Origin: Amoebophrya sp. A120
Lineage: Eukaryota; Protista; Dinoflagellata
DNA: 64,000 nt
Reading direction: 5' to 3'
Assembly: GCA_905178155.1 (NCBI GenBank)
Contig: CAJINV010000007.1
Location: 3,986,265 to 4,050,264 of the forward strand
Position 1 is the first letter of the stretch; each line of letters opens with the position of its first letter. Below are positions 27,101 through 38,730 of the stretch, one piece after another. The translations under genes were made by a program, and so were the position numbers. The notes below the pieces were generated by a model. That model did no database searches. It had not been told where the DNA came from and saw only the letters and a program-made list of their open reading frames with translations.

Positions 27101-30100
27101 CGAATTCGTAGACGACGAAGACGTTGAGCTAGTCGCAGATACTTCTAGTGCTTTACCTAGCTTGATGCAACAGGAAAAACTAGCACCCACTCAAGAGCTT
27201 CTAACTGGTCGGGCGGCACGAGCGCCGCAAATTGAAGGCCCGACACGAGGACGACCAGCAGACAGAACTGCTCTGCCGGGCCAGGCGACCGTGGCACTGC
27301 TCGAGTTGAACAAGAAAATGAAAGGCTTCAAACTGGACGACAGGAACTCTGACTCACTCGTGGTCTCCGATTTGAAGATACTCCCAGCAGCTGGAGATGA
27401 GCAGGCTCAAGACGACGAAACGTTTACGCAGCTGTTGAAACTCAGCTTCATCTTGTCTCTTCTGGTCGGCTTTCTCATCACCTTCTCCATCTTCTTCACG
27501 TCGTATGGTTTGTTGGAAAAGGAATTTTATTCGAAATTGAAACTCCACGTTCTGCTTTCCGGGATTACTCACATGCAGTCTATGCAATACAAATTTCCTG
27601 TACACGTAGAAAATGCAATACGATCGCGAATTTAAGCTAGAGCAACATTATGCCGCTACTTGTCATGCTGAATAGACGCGAGTGAATTTTTTATTTTGGC
27701 CTGAGGCACTGTTAGTGGGTGTCCACTGCGTGATGATAATGATGATGATGATGATGATGCAGAAATAGCCGCGCCTGCACGTTGTGTGCAGAAAATTTCT
27801 TGTGGAGACAGTATTGGTTTGGCGTCTGGATTTGGGACTGGTTGTTTGCGCTTTCCTCCGGTGTCTGCTGGCTGGTGGTGGTGGGATTGTTTGTGTTCGG
27901 AAAGACCACGAGGAATGCAGGGGCTGGTGGACATCATGCGGCAGAAGATAACACAACGGGAGAAGGTACCAGCAGTGGAACAAATCTTCTGTACTACGCG
28001 TTCGCACTGACACTCCTCCTCCATTTCGCCATCACTGCGGCGCTATTTCAGGTATACTTCTTCTCCCATTGCAAAAATGAGCTGTGGCCGCGGATGTTAG
28101 CGCGCTGGTTAAAGAGCGCACAAAACACGAAGCCGTCTGCCGTTCCTTGCAAGAACAAGAATTATGGTGCGGCTCTGCAGAACAAGAACAACGATTTAGC
28201 TCTAGCAGGAGACGTCCACCGGGGCGGCCCCGGTAACTACAGTTTTCGACCACCGCGCCCCCCCCTGGCGCTCGTCCTGGCGGATGACCCCGGCGGCCTC
28301 GGCTCGACAAATTTCATCGGCACGAATAGCAACGGAAACAGCGCTATCCTGTGCAAAAGTAAGTATCGTACTCGTACTAATTGCAATTATGCTTGTTCTT
28401 GACAAATCTTGTCCTGAAGGTCAAACAGCATGAACAATTCCATTTGCCATTCTGAAGTACTTAATTTGTAATGCAATTACCACTAGTACGATGCTTTTGC
28501 AATTCATAAGCGCCAGTTCCTCCGTCATTCGCTGCTCCTGTCCGTCCGTCACCTTCGCCATCCTGTTGGTTTCTAACCTGCTCCTCAGTGTGCTGTTTGC
28601 GTCAAGGGAGTTAGTGAGCAGTAGGGTAGTGGTGCAGGATTTTCTGGACAAGGTAGTTGTGGAGGAGCTGCACGAAGGTCATGACGACCCGCGAGGAGGA
28701 AGCGACGGAGATGGTACTGACCACGGGTCTTACTCGTTTTACGAAGGAATTCTTGCTCAACATCCTCTCGACGAAGCCGAAGATCCTGAGGCACATCAGC
28801 AGCTATCCCCAGAAGTGCCACTGTCGCAATCATCTCATTTGAATAAAATCACGCACCAGCTCGGCGAGGCTCTGTCTCGTGCGAGCAACCTTTTTTTTGC
28901 TGGCTACACCTTCGAACCGCACAACTCGGCCACAGGACCGACGACAACTGCGTTCGTTGATCGCTCCGACGCTTCTGTCGGCGTCTTTCAAGCGGACGCT
29001 ACATCTTCTTCTTCATCTTCATCACCCGAGGAGGAAATAAAAGCGAGAATCATCGACTACGTGGACCGAGCTAGTCAACGCCCGTCCTTGCCAATGGGGA
29101 TTGTTTTCCCGGGAATGGCTTTTCTTTCCGCTGTTGGGAAAGTGTTTTTGCGGAAAATTGTGTTCGAAGACTTCGTCTGGACGGGGCACAAGCACAACGA
29201 TAACGGAGATGGAAATAAACGGAAGACACGGGGGAATAAGAATGAAGCGCTCTCTAGTACCACGCAAGAACAGCTCTCGCGCAATCTATTGCCGGAGCAC
29301 GTCGATCCAAGTGTAGTCCCAGGTTCGCACTTTCTACCAAGTTTGGTGTTTACGAATCGCTTTTCCCGTTGCGAATTGACCGCAAGCGAGGAAAGTAGAC
29401 CCAGTAACGAAATTCAAAATGACGATCACGGTCAGGAGACTACCTCCAGCGGCCCGCCCGGCGCAGCAGCTACAACCCGACCTTGGCCGTTATTCTCCTA
29501 CTTTTGGTATGGCGCAGACTCTACAGAACTTTCTCCAACCCCCAGGCACGTGATTCAATACAGGGTTCCCTGCGCTTTCCGGGATCCAGCGGAGCTCTTC
29601 GCCAGTATTTACCTTAAGACTGGTATGGCTGCCGTGAAGATGTTGAAGAAAGGAGCAGCAAAACTTGCCGACGACCTCACAGGCAGGGTGGTACAAGGAG
29701 CGAAAGCCGCCACGGAGATGAGCAAAGTCGTTCGGTCAGGAGGTGCTAGTGGTCCTTCCCCGTCTACTTCATCTGTGGCCAACATGGACGCCAGCAAGAG
29801 CTTTCTCGAAAAGCGGGCACAAATTGGCGCGCGGCTTTTCGGTGATGACACTGTGGGAGCAGATGAAGAAGATCATGCGACTATTAAAAGTGATTCGGGT
29901 AATATTATCCCGGCCCTTGACGACCGTGATGAACAAGCTGCAACACCCTCTTCTTTTTTGGCAGAGAGCGAGTCAAGAACATCTACTCCTTTAAAGAGCG
30001 GCGTTGACCAGCCAGAACAAGTCCAACAGCAACTACTGCAGAATGGTCGTATTGGGGGACAGGTTGGAGGGAACTTCCTGGCGAAAGTACTAGCTGCGGG

Positions 30101-33100
30101 TCAGGACAAGAACTCCTCCGTGTTGATGCAAGAGGGAGCCAGCCGCGGTCTGACCCGAGGACGAGGCAGCTCAAGAATCGACGCTGCCGAACTAGAAGCA
30201 GCCAGAAACCTGCACGCAGCGGTCGTCGGCGATTACTTCTTTCGATCCTTGACTATTGGAACTGAACTCATCCAGTTGCTACTGTCCTTCGTTTTGTACA
30301 CCTCGCTTTTGATTGTAACTACGCTGTTCACCAGCGTGGTCGTACGGGACCGGCAGAAGTCATCGAGTGGCACAGCCGCGATTGCAGGAACTACAGCTAC
30401 TGCGTTGATGATTACAGCGGATGACGAAAATCAATCCGGTACAAAATATGGGATGAAGAATCAACAACTGCAAGGAACTACGTATGGTCAACAGAACTAC
30501 GCGATGAATACGACAACCGTCTTTCAAGGCATCAAAGCGCGCATCTCGCAGGCGCTGAGCGGGAGGACTTTTACTTGTCGGAACACGTCCTCTTCGTCTT
30601 CGGGTGGAGGGGTGGACCGTCGGCGGAAGATGATGAAGAAACGAGGAATGCTTGCTGGCCCCGGAATAAGTACAAGAACCAATGATCGCTCCAGTCTGGC
30701 GTCAAGTCATCATGCGTGTAAGGCTAGAACCATGGACAACAAAGACAAAACGACCTTGTTTCCGCCCGCGATAACAACCTCGGTTGCCGGTGTCGTAAGT
30801 AAACGCAGCAAGCAGAGCAACAGTACGCCACGGAATGAGGAGGATCACGACGATGACGACTTTCCCGAAGCCGCGGACCTGAGCGAAAGCGACCACGGGG
30901 AGTACAACGCTCAACTTCTGGACGACGAGGAGGAAGAAGATGACTTCAGAATGATGAAAATGAATACTGCACTGGATCATGACATCAACAAGGCGTCTCT
31001 CCAGCACAAGTCTCTCCTCCTCGCGGACACCCTGAGACACGACCAGATTGACAGTGAGTTTGGCCTCCGGAAGATGGGCCTGCTCCCCGCGGGACAAGGC
31101 GACATGATGAACAAGACAGCTGCACATAACTATCCAGCCCGACCACCGGCCACCGCCGGAGGCTCCGTTCGTCGGCCTTCTAGCTACTATGCATTGCAAA
31201 ATTTATTGTCATTAATGGGTAGCACTAGTAGTAATTGCAAGATTTTTGCATGTTGACAGATCTGCCTTCTTTACCTTAGAGAACAAAGTAGTTTGTAGCT
31301 ATGCAATTTGCGCGTGCGCTAAAAATGCTACATACATTTGCACAAATGCATAGCTACCATGGGTCCACGGTTTCCTCTTTCCGCATTCTGGATTCGGAGT
31401 TGCAGGCGGACGCCGGGGTGCTGCGCGAGGTGGCTCGCGTCAGAAAGATGAACGACTTGGTTTTGAAGGAATCCCAGGTCTTGTTCCTGAAAAACGTGAC
31501 GAAACAGTATCCGACCATGGAAAAGCCCGCCGTTTCGAATCTGCACTTTGCGGTCTGCGGCACGACCGGCGATCATCTACTCTCAGGACGAGCTCCTGCA
31601 GGACCAGGGAACAAGACTAGTACACAGCAGAACTTATTTAACACCAACATCAATGCCAAGCACCTTCCGTTCCATCTCCGCCGGTCCCCGACGCTCGCCG
31701 ATGGTGCGGGGGTGTTTGGCTTGCTGGGCCGCAACGGCGCGGGGAAAACCACCCTGTTTAAATTGATCTTGCAACTGGAGAACGCGGACTACGGAGAAAT
31801 TTTCGTGCTCGGCCATAACAACAGCATTGCGGCGAGCAGGAATAAAAGCAAAAACTGCTGCTCGCCGCCACCGTACGAAAAGATCGGCTACTGCCCGCAG
31901 TTTGACGAGTCTTTTCTACCGCAGCTTACCGTGTTTGAAAACCTCCGCTTTTACGGTCAACTGAAACTCAAAGAGAATATGGAAGCGTCAGGTTTGAAAT
32001 CGTCAACGTTGAATATAATTTGTAATGCATAAAATGCGACACAAAAAGTGCCTCCATTGCAGAGGACCCAAGGGAGGCAGATCATAGTCCTGGTAAGGGT
32101 CAATGTCAAAAGTTGGACTGCTAACTAGCATGACAGAAGGCAGCTCCTTTGCCCTAAACCGCGTGACAGACTCGCTTCCACGACCGGGAAAATTTGCCAT
32201 GCACCGACTACAAACTGTGGGTCTAACTGGTATCCGTTTTATGCATGACAAACTATTTCAACTTTGACGATTTCAAACCTGACACATCCAGAGAGAACTT
32301 CTCGAACCTGAAAGTGAACAACCTGATCGCCAAACTTCATCTGCAGCAGTACGCGAACAAGAAAGCCGGGCACTTGTCCGCGGGCGTGCAGCGGAAGGTG
32401 TGCTTCGCGATTTCGCTCATCGCATATGACAGTGCAGCACAACTGCCCCTCCCCCTGATTTGTCATGCAAAATACTCAATCCACCCTTTGTCTCTTGGCA
32501 CTGTTTGCGTGACAAGTTCTGGTAGCCCAAATAGCACTACACGCCAGTGCAAATTTGTCGTGTATTAAAACCGGCACTCTTGCTGATGCTTGTATTGCCG
32601 TTCATGCTATACAAATTAGGGGGAGGGGGAGTACGTAGTTGTGCACTGTCATATCGCAAACCCCCAGATTCTTCTGCTCGACGAGCCCGGCGTGGGATAC
32701 CCCGAGCAAAAATATCCCCACGCCAGAGTTGATTGTCATGCAGATTTGCTATTCCAGGGAGAGGGACACTAGTTGTAATATATGCGCAAGAAGCGCATCA
32801 CCATATAAAAGCAGCGTCTCCAGGTCCAGTCGTCTTCTGCAATTTGTGATGCTGTAAACAGGATAAGGAGCAGACGGCTTTATTGTGATCGACGGCTGTC
32901 CTTGCTAATTAGAAACTGCCCTACAATACGTACAGAGAGGAACTGCTTGGCATGCGTGACTCCCAAAAGAAACTTCTGCATTTGTGTTGCTAAGTTCCCA
33001 ACTTGACTCTGGGGTGGGGACCACGTTTTCGCTCCGGATATGGAAATCGATTTGTTTTCCAAGCAGAAGATGTGGGACGCGGTCAAAGACTGGGCCACTA

Positions 33101-34314
33101 GTCCCCTGGCCGTCGAAAACAAGAACGTCGAAAACATCAATAAGATCGGGGACAAGCTGTGTTTGGTTTCGACCAACAACATGGAGGAGACCAACAACCT
33201 CTGTTCCCAAGTGGCCATCCAAGTGCAGGGGCAATGGAAGTGTCTGGGCGGACTGAAGGAGTTCGAATCCAAGTATGGAGGAGGGTATCAGGTCATCTGC
33301 GACTTTCGCACGCCGGTCGTTTTGCCGAGTGACGCTACTTGTAATGATGGCGCAGTTGCTGCTCCTTCGAGCACAAAAAATACCACACCAGCAGCTTTGA
33401 AAAACAAAACTGAAGGACCTGCACCAGGATTATTGTGCGAGGTGGAACGAGAGCAGTCTACTTCCGCGGCTGTTGCGATCAATATTCCTGGCGACCGTGG
33501 TGGTGTGGAAGCTGATCTTCAAGGTGGCGAAGGCAATACTTCCGAAACCGAAGACGTTTTTCCCACGACAAATTATGCCGGCATGATGGGCGTGGTGAAC
33601 AAGACAAACACGATATCCACAGTAAATGTCGCTCCGCACACGTACTTACGATAAAATGCATCACAAATTTCCCCTTTTTAGAGCATGCCACTTGATGTCG
33701 TGCTGACTAGGACGGAATGCAAGCTTTGTCATGCAGAAACCGCACATAAGCTACACCGTGCGCAGGCAATTTACTGTGGATACACGACAACTTTCGAGTT
33801 CAAGCGTGGTCAGACAACGAACCTTGATGAAGAGTTGCTCCCGTACGACGTCGCAACTAGCAGCAACGCTGGAAGGACTACAAGTGCAAATATGTCTCTC
33901 CTGGGGGACAACCAACACAAGTCCGATGAGATGATGTCGAACAAAGGCGATAGTAACGTTTTGAAGAAAAACAAAAACTTGTTCCAAAATAAAAGCAACA
34001 ACGCCGCAGTATTAACAACTGCAAAAGAGTCGACGAGTAAACGTAAGATTCGCAAGCTCCGCGCGCTGCAGCAGCAGTTGTTGCTGGACATCGAAGAGGA
34101 GCTCGGTTGCGAGTATGAGGTGATGGAAACGAAAGGAACCCAAGTGGTACTCCGATTCCCGACGATCACAGAAGAGTCACCGCTCCAGCTGGTCCGCGCG
34201 CTTCTGGAATTTTTCGAGAAGCAAGAAAGGGAAAACGTGCTGGAGCAGTTTTCCTTCTCGAAAATGCAACTGAAGCACGTTTTCAACAAGTTTGCGGGGG
34301 AGGTGGAGATTTAG
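15120..34314 (+). CDS. ABCA: ABC transporter subfamily A (full transporter, TMD-NBD-TMD-NBD), ~5,248 aa, 16 exons, long low-complexity insertions
   Basis: ATG 15120; exons 15120-15211, 15453-18291, 18581-20167, 20282-21178, 21302-21650, 21813-22098, 22371-24950, 25219-25904, 26236-27580, 27814-28344, 28514-31187, 31358-31977, 32298-32424, 32659-32697, 33046-33613, 33788-34314 sum to 15,747 nt (5,249 codons). N-terminal TQLEALFWKR; ERNLGLKETLKCFGL; NBD1 GHNGAGKST, GYCPQH, LTVKEHL, ILDEPTSGVDP, TTH; NBD2 GRNGAGKTT, GYCPQFD, LSAGVQRK, LLLDEPGVGID; C-terminal LKHVF. Confidence 0.92.
15212..15452 (+). mobile_element. Introner, 241 bp (TATGGCGTTCTCAAA family)
   Basis: TIR tatggcgttctcaaacgttacattctcaa.tgttacatga / tcatgtaacagttgagaatgtaacgtttgagaacaccata; DR acaca/acaca; gives IAPTQLEALFWK. 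Confidence 0.92.
18292..18580 (+). mobile_element. Introner, 289 bp (TATGGAAG-GTCAGG family)
   Basis: tatggaagtgtcaggtttgaaatcgacaaagttgaaataa / ttatttcaactttgtcgatttcaaaaatcctgacactcccata; DR atcga/atcga. Confidence 0.92.
20168..20281 (+). mobile_element. Introner, 114 bp (CATCCCC family)
   Basis: Perfect 30-bp TIR tattccctgaaaattaaccatccccatcca; DR tgaaa/tgaaa; restores the ABCA motif LTVKEHL. Confidence 0.95.
21179..21301 (+). mobile_element. Introner, 123 bp (CATCCCC family), DR fully decayed
   Basis: tatccaggaaaaaacactcatcccc / ggggatggggtgtttttcctggata; flanks cgggc/gtacg; removal of TIR-to-TIR plus 5 nt keeps frame. Confidence 0.8.
21651..21812 (+). mobile_element. Introner, 162 bp (CATCCCC family)
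   Basis: tatccataaaaaaaca / tgcttttttttctggata; DR gaaaa/gaaaa; frame preserved (TGKNEICVK). Confidence 0.85.
22099..22370 (+). mobile_element. Introner, 272 bp (AGTGCACAACT family)
   Basis: tatgaaaacacgcaact / agttgtgcactctcata; DR caaca/cagca; joins ORFs 21899 and 22237 in frame. Confidence 0.8.
24951..25218 (+). mobile_element. Introner, 268 bp (AGTGCACAACT family)
   Basis: tatgaaagtgcataactgacaacttctccccg / cgggggagtagttgtgtgcaccctgata; DR gagga/gcgga; in frame. Confidence 0.8.
25905..26235 (+). mobile_element. Introner, 331 bp (TCTGGGTC family)
   Basis: tatgcattgcaaatatatctgggtc / gacccagacatattttcactcaagaata; DR gaacg/gaaca; in frame. Confidence 0.82.
27581..27813 (+). mobile_element. 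Introner, 233 bp, degenerate right TIR
   Basis: tatgcaatacaaatttcctgtacac / gtgtgcagaaaatttcttgtggaga; DR cagtc/cagta; restores ABCA LSGITHMQYWFG..WD. Confidence 0.8.
28345..28513 (+). mobile_element. Introner, 169 bp (TATCCTGTGCAAAAGTA family)
   Basis: tatcctgtgcaaaagt..tatcgtactcgt / agtacgatgcttttgcaattcata; DR agcgc/agcgc. Confidence 0.88.
31188..31357 (+). mobile_element. Introner, 170 bp
   Basis: tatgcattgcaaaat / atttgcacaaatgcata; DR gctac/gctac; in frame. Confidence 0.85.
31978..32297 (+). mobile_element. Introner, 320 bp (TATGGAAG-GTCAGG family)
   Basis: tatggaagcgtcaggtttgaaatcgtcaacgttgaa / ttcaactttgacgatttcaaacctgacacatccaga; DR gagaa/gagaa. Confidence 0.9.
32425..32658 (+). 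mobile_element. Introner, 234 bp (AGTGCACAACT family)
   Basis: tatgacagtgcagcacaact..cccctccccct / agggggagggggagt..agttgtgcactgtcata; DR tcgca/tcgca; restores SLIANPQILLLDEP. Confidence 0.92.
32698..33045 (+). mobile_element. Introner, 348 bp
   Basis: taccccgagcaaaaatatccccacgccagagt / actctggggtggggaccacgttttcgctccggata; DR tggga/tggaa; restores DEPGVGIDLFSKQKMW. Confidence 0.9.
33614..33787 (+). mobile_element. Introner, 174 bp
   Basis: tatccacagtaaat / atttactgtggata; DR cacga/cacga; in frame. Confidence 0.88.
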
Positions 34315-37300
34315 GGGTGGGAGCAGGAGGGGTAGTTTATTTTGCGATTTTAATATGATGAAGATGCAACTATCTCAGTATGCGACGTTGATGAGATAGT
34401 AAGTACTACATCACCAAAATACTTATGGCCAATGGAGGCCCACCTTGATTCCGCGTCTTTCGCCGGATCATAATGCGCAGTGGTCGTGTTTCACAAATAG
34501 CCCGTCACTGCAGCAGCATGCGCGCTGGCTATGAGTTACTTAGGGCTTTTGGAGGTTTCTCTGCATGTTGAAGGAATGCGTTGGTTCGTAGAGAGTGCCA
34601 TGGCTGGTGCTACGTCGCGATGAGAGTGACGCACCCGCAGCTGGGTGCTTTATACAGAGTACCAGTGTTAAGTGTAGTCATCCCTCTCGAACAATTTTCT
34701 ACGTTTTTCTCTTTTTTGTTTTGTCTTTCGACTGATGCGCCCTGTATCGTGATTTTTCTGAACTGATCATTTTGTAAAGTAAGTACTTATTTTTGGTTCT
34801 GTCCTTCTCCTTTCTCATCTTGCTATGTATCCAATTTTGAAAATACAGTCGGTCGTCTGCAAAATGAAGTACAGTGCGTACGATGGATTACAGCATCACA
34901 ATAACGAACAGCCTGCTTTATTTCTTCTAGAAAAAAAAAACTCGCGGACTCCTTCAAATGCACTGAAAAAATTTTTTTCGTAGTGTGTTTATGATATGTC
35001 TGCAAAACTTCCTGTTTCCTGCTTGTGAAAATGAAAGGATCATGGCCCCGGAAAGAGGACCCCAGTTTGGTTGAAGTCTGTCAGACAACCAAGGGAGTTG
35101 CCGACGTGCTTCGTGTTTTTTGAAAGGCACGGTTTAGGTACCTATGTCAGGCGTCGAAAATGTCTACCACAAAAGTCAGTATGCAGTACTTCGTGCAGTA
35201 ACTTGGTTTTCCGTATCGTCATTTTGTCGCTCGTTATACTTTGTCCGGGGTCTGTACGTAGTGGATTTGTGTTTGCCCGCTGTCGGTGTCAACAGATGCT
35301 CGGTTTTCAGCACTTTCTGTCGTTTATTTCAGCATGAAGGGTCGCTCCGGAGTTCATCTTGCTGGACTAACAAATAGCGAACCAGTCGGTGGGTGATTCT
35401 TTGTCAATGCCAAAGTAGAACACCGCGCAAAAATGGCATTCCCCTTTTCTATGGATTTCGGGATCGGAAAAGTAAAGAAAAAATGAAAAATTCTATGTTT
35501 ACTTTTATTCTGCGATGTAAACGACCACTATTAACGAGTACGGTGCTCGTGCCTCTTGATCCGATAGAGGTCGCTCTTTTCGATGTTGATGGGTCGTCCT
35601 TCGATATGACCCTGTGTATCCCGAGCAGGGCATTTTTCGTTCCTGTAGACTGCGGCAAAAACTTCCAATAGGTAGACCAGAAGGGCAACCAAAAGTGGTC
35701 CGCTTGCTCGCCACAATCGCAGATCGCGTTGCAGTGTTTTAGTTTTTTGAAAGAAATAAACAACTAACACCTTGTCAGAAGCGACGAACCGCACCTTTCA
35801 GTTTTTATTTGAAATTACTCTGGAACAAAGAAAAGGTAAAGGGCGGAACCAAGGGAAAACATAAAACAAGTCTGAGTAAACCAATCGATCCCATGTCGCG
35901 GTCTGAGTCCGCGCAAGCGCAGCTGCTGATTCAGAAATGCGCAGGCGGCAACTTTTTTCCAAGTAGGGTATGGTGGAAGGGGCCCGGGGATCTTCAAAGA
36001 CCAACAGCCGAGCCGGACGAGTAAGTGCATTTGCTTTTTGCAAAATATTAAAGAGTTGCAAGCCCAACAAGCGCAAGCCAGTGTCGGCGTGTCTGTACAA
36101 CGAGTACATCAAGAACGCCAGCGCGCATTAGTTGCATGTCCTCCTCGGGGAAAAAAAGCAAACACAAGCAGGCACAAAGTAAATGAATGTAGTGAAAATC
36201 AAAATAAATTATCAGGTACGACATCAATAGAAGAGTGGACGCAGCAGCATGGAGAGACAAAGGCAGAGGCTTGCTCTTTGGGCCGGATCAGAAAACAAGG
36301 ACAAATCCGTATTGCTAAGTGCTTTTTGTAACTTTCAAAAAATGCAAAAGTGATGCATGATAATTTTATTGTGCGAGAGCAAGTAGACAGCATTATTTAA
36401 GTATACTGTCGCTTGAAAGTTGACCAAACTTCATCGAGGTACCCCATTTGGAGTCACACAATCGTAAAAAAGCAGCCAAGACTAAACGCAGGAAAGGCAC
36501 CACCACATGAGAAGGTATGTGGGATTAATTGCGTGCGTTGCCTTTTCTTTCATGGTCTTTCTTGATGAATGTCCTCTTGTGGACGAAAAATTTATTCAGA
36601 CTTTGTCCCCGATTCGACATACACGAAAAAATCAAAACCGAATTATCCCAGACCCAACCGGACCACTATGACGTGCGACACAAAGACACCATGCTGAACA
36701 AGGCAAAGTCGGCCCGGGCCTTTCCAAGGCAAAATCACGTCCAGGATCTGAAGCGGTACGTGAAGTCACAGACGGTAAACCGTGCATTTAACCGAGACTT
36801 TACCCGGTCCGGGAGCTGCCTCGCGTTCTAGGGAGCAGCTGTCCGGGGTTACTAACTTGCAGCTCCTTATTGAAGCGCTATATTTCCTATACATTTACCC
36901 CTACTTCTAACTTCAGAACAAACGTTACACCTTGTTATGCTTAAGAAAAAGAATACTGTCATCATGATCTTGACCATCACCACGAATATATCAAAGTGAC
37001 TGCGACGGGCAGCGTGAGTGTCGTGATGAAAGAATGTCATGTACCTCTATTAACTCCATCGCGCAAGGCATATTTATGCTGACATTGAGCTACAAGGCCG
37101 CAACTTATGTCGCGCAGTGGGGGGGTGAACGAGTGGACGGGGGGGAAAGAAAAACGCCAGAGGGGCAAGGGAAAAAATTTTTGATGCAGGGCGGGGCCAG
37201 GCATCTGCGCCGCGTCTTGCTGAAAGAACGAAGGCGGAGCGCCATGGCGCTCGTGGTTCCCGTCGTCGTGCGAGCGCGAGGGCCCCGCCCGCACTGGGCG

Positions 37301-38230
37301 CGCGTTTGCGTGGCGGCAAGCCTTAGGCCCAAGCAACAACGCAAAGCGCGGCAGCGGGCGGCCGCCAGTGGACGGGGGAACAGGCCGCGCCATGCGAGGC
37401 GCTGGCGGCAGCGTGACGCCCCGCCCGCGCGTTTGCGGTGTGGCCCGTTCGCGCCGCCTGCCTGTGTGCCCCGCCCCTGTGCGCCTTGGTGCCCCCCCCG
37501 CCCTTCTTCCGCGCGCAGCCTTGCAGAACGAGGGCGCGTTGGGGCCCCTGCCGCGCGCGTGGATGGAGGACGGGCGCCGGGGCGGGGCGCTCATTGCCCT
37601 CCAGGCGCAGGGGCCCACCACCCTCCCCCAGCACCCCCGGACAACAACGGCGCCCCCCGTGTTAGCCCGCAGGCAATCTGTTGCGCCCCCGCCTGCTTCC
37701 CTCGCGCGCACCCTCCAAGACAGAGACGGCGGATGGTGGCGCCCTCTGCCGGCCTCTTCGTGAACAGAGGGAGGGCGCCGGGGAAGGGTGGTGGGCAGCT
37801 GCTCGCCTGCAAGCCTGGCGCTGGGGCGCGACTCCCCCCTCGCGAACAGAGGGAGGGCGCCGGGGGAGGGTGGTGGGCAGCTGCTCGCCTGGTGCTTGGC
37901 CGCCGGTGGCGTTCCCCACACGGCGGCAGACGCCTTTTCAGTTCAATCATTTCCAGCTGGAAATCCAGCTGGAAACATTTGGAAAAGGCACCTGCAACGC
38001 ATTTCCACCTGGAAACGCAGCTGCAGACGCCTTTTCAATGCATTTCCCACCTGGCCTGTTCAAAGTGTTTCCAGCTGGATTTCCAGCTGAAGAGGCCTGC
38101 TCCATTTCTATCTGGGAATCCAGCTGGAAACACTTTGAGAAGGCATCTGCAGCGCGACTGTTGCTGCAATTTCGGGTGGAGATGCCCAAGGGCATTTCCA
38201 GGGGGGATTTCGGGGCTTTTCGCTTTTTTG

Positions 38231-38730
38231 CCCGAATTGCTGTGTTTGGCACAGCAATTCTGGCTACCCAGGGAAAAGATTTCCCAGTAGGGTACTGGGA
38301 GGGTATCAGGATAATGGGGGGGTATTGGCGCAGTGGGAAGGTATGGGCAAGGGAAGGGTGAATTTTGTTTGTTTTCCCCGAATTGTTGTGTTTAGCACAG
38401 CAATCCTGGCTACCCAGGGGAAAGATTTCCCAGTAGGGTACTGGGACGGTATCAGGATGGTGAGGGGATATTGGCACAGTGGGAAGGTACGGGTAAGGGT
38501 AGAGAGAATTTTGTTTGTTTTCCCCGAATTGCTGTGTTTAGCACAGCAATTCTGGCTACCCAGAGGAAAGATTTCCCAGTAGGGTACTGGGAGGGTATCA
38601 GGATAGTGAGGTGATATTGGCACAGTGGGAATGTACGGGCAAGGGGAGGGAGAATTTTGTTTGTGTTCCCCGAGTTGCTGTGTTTAGCACAGCAATTCTG
38701 GCTACCCAGGGGAGAGATTTCTCAGTAGGA
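38231..38730. repeat. 146-bp tandem repeat, ~3.4 copies, two hairpins per unit
   Basis: cccga(a/g)ttg recurs at 38231, 38377, 38523, 38669. Confidence 0.9.

Noticed and set aside
15120-34314. ABCA pseudogene or several separate small ABC genes
   Set aside because: All 15 interruptions follow one excision rule that yields a single reading frame with motifs in the right order.
37034-38361. Overlapping Arg/Pro/Ala-rich ORFs as a transposase
   Set aside because: These are GC-rich open frames on both strands, not conserved in frame in the second copy, with no DDE, HUH or RT motifs.
38231-38730. CRISPR-like array of palindromic repeats
   Set aside because: Whole 146-bp units repeat with no unique spacers, no cas genes are present and the context is eukaryotic.
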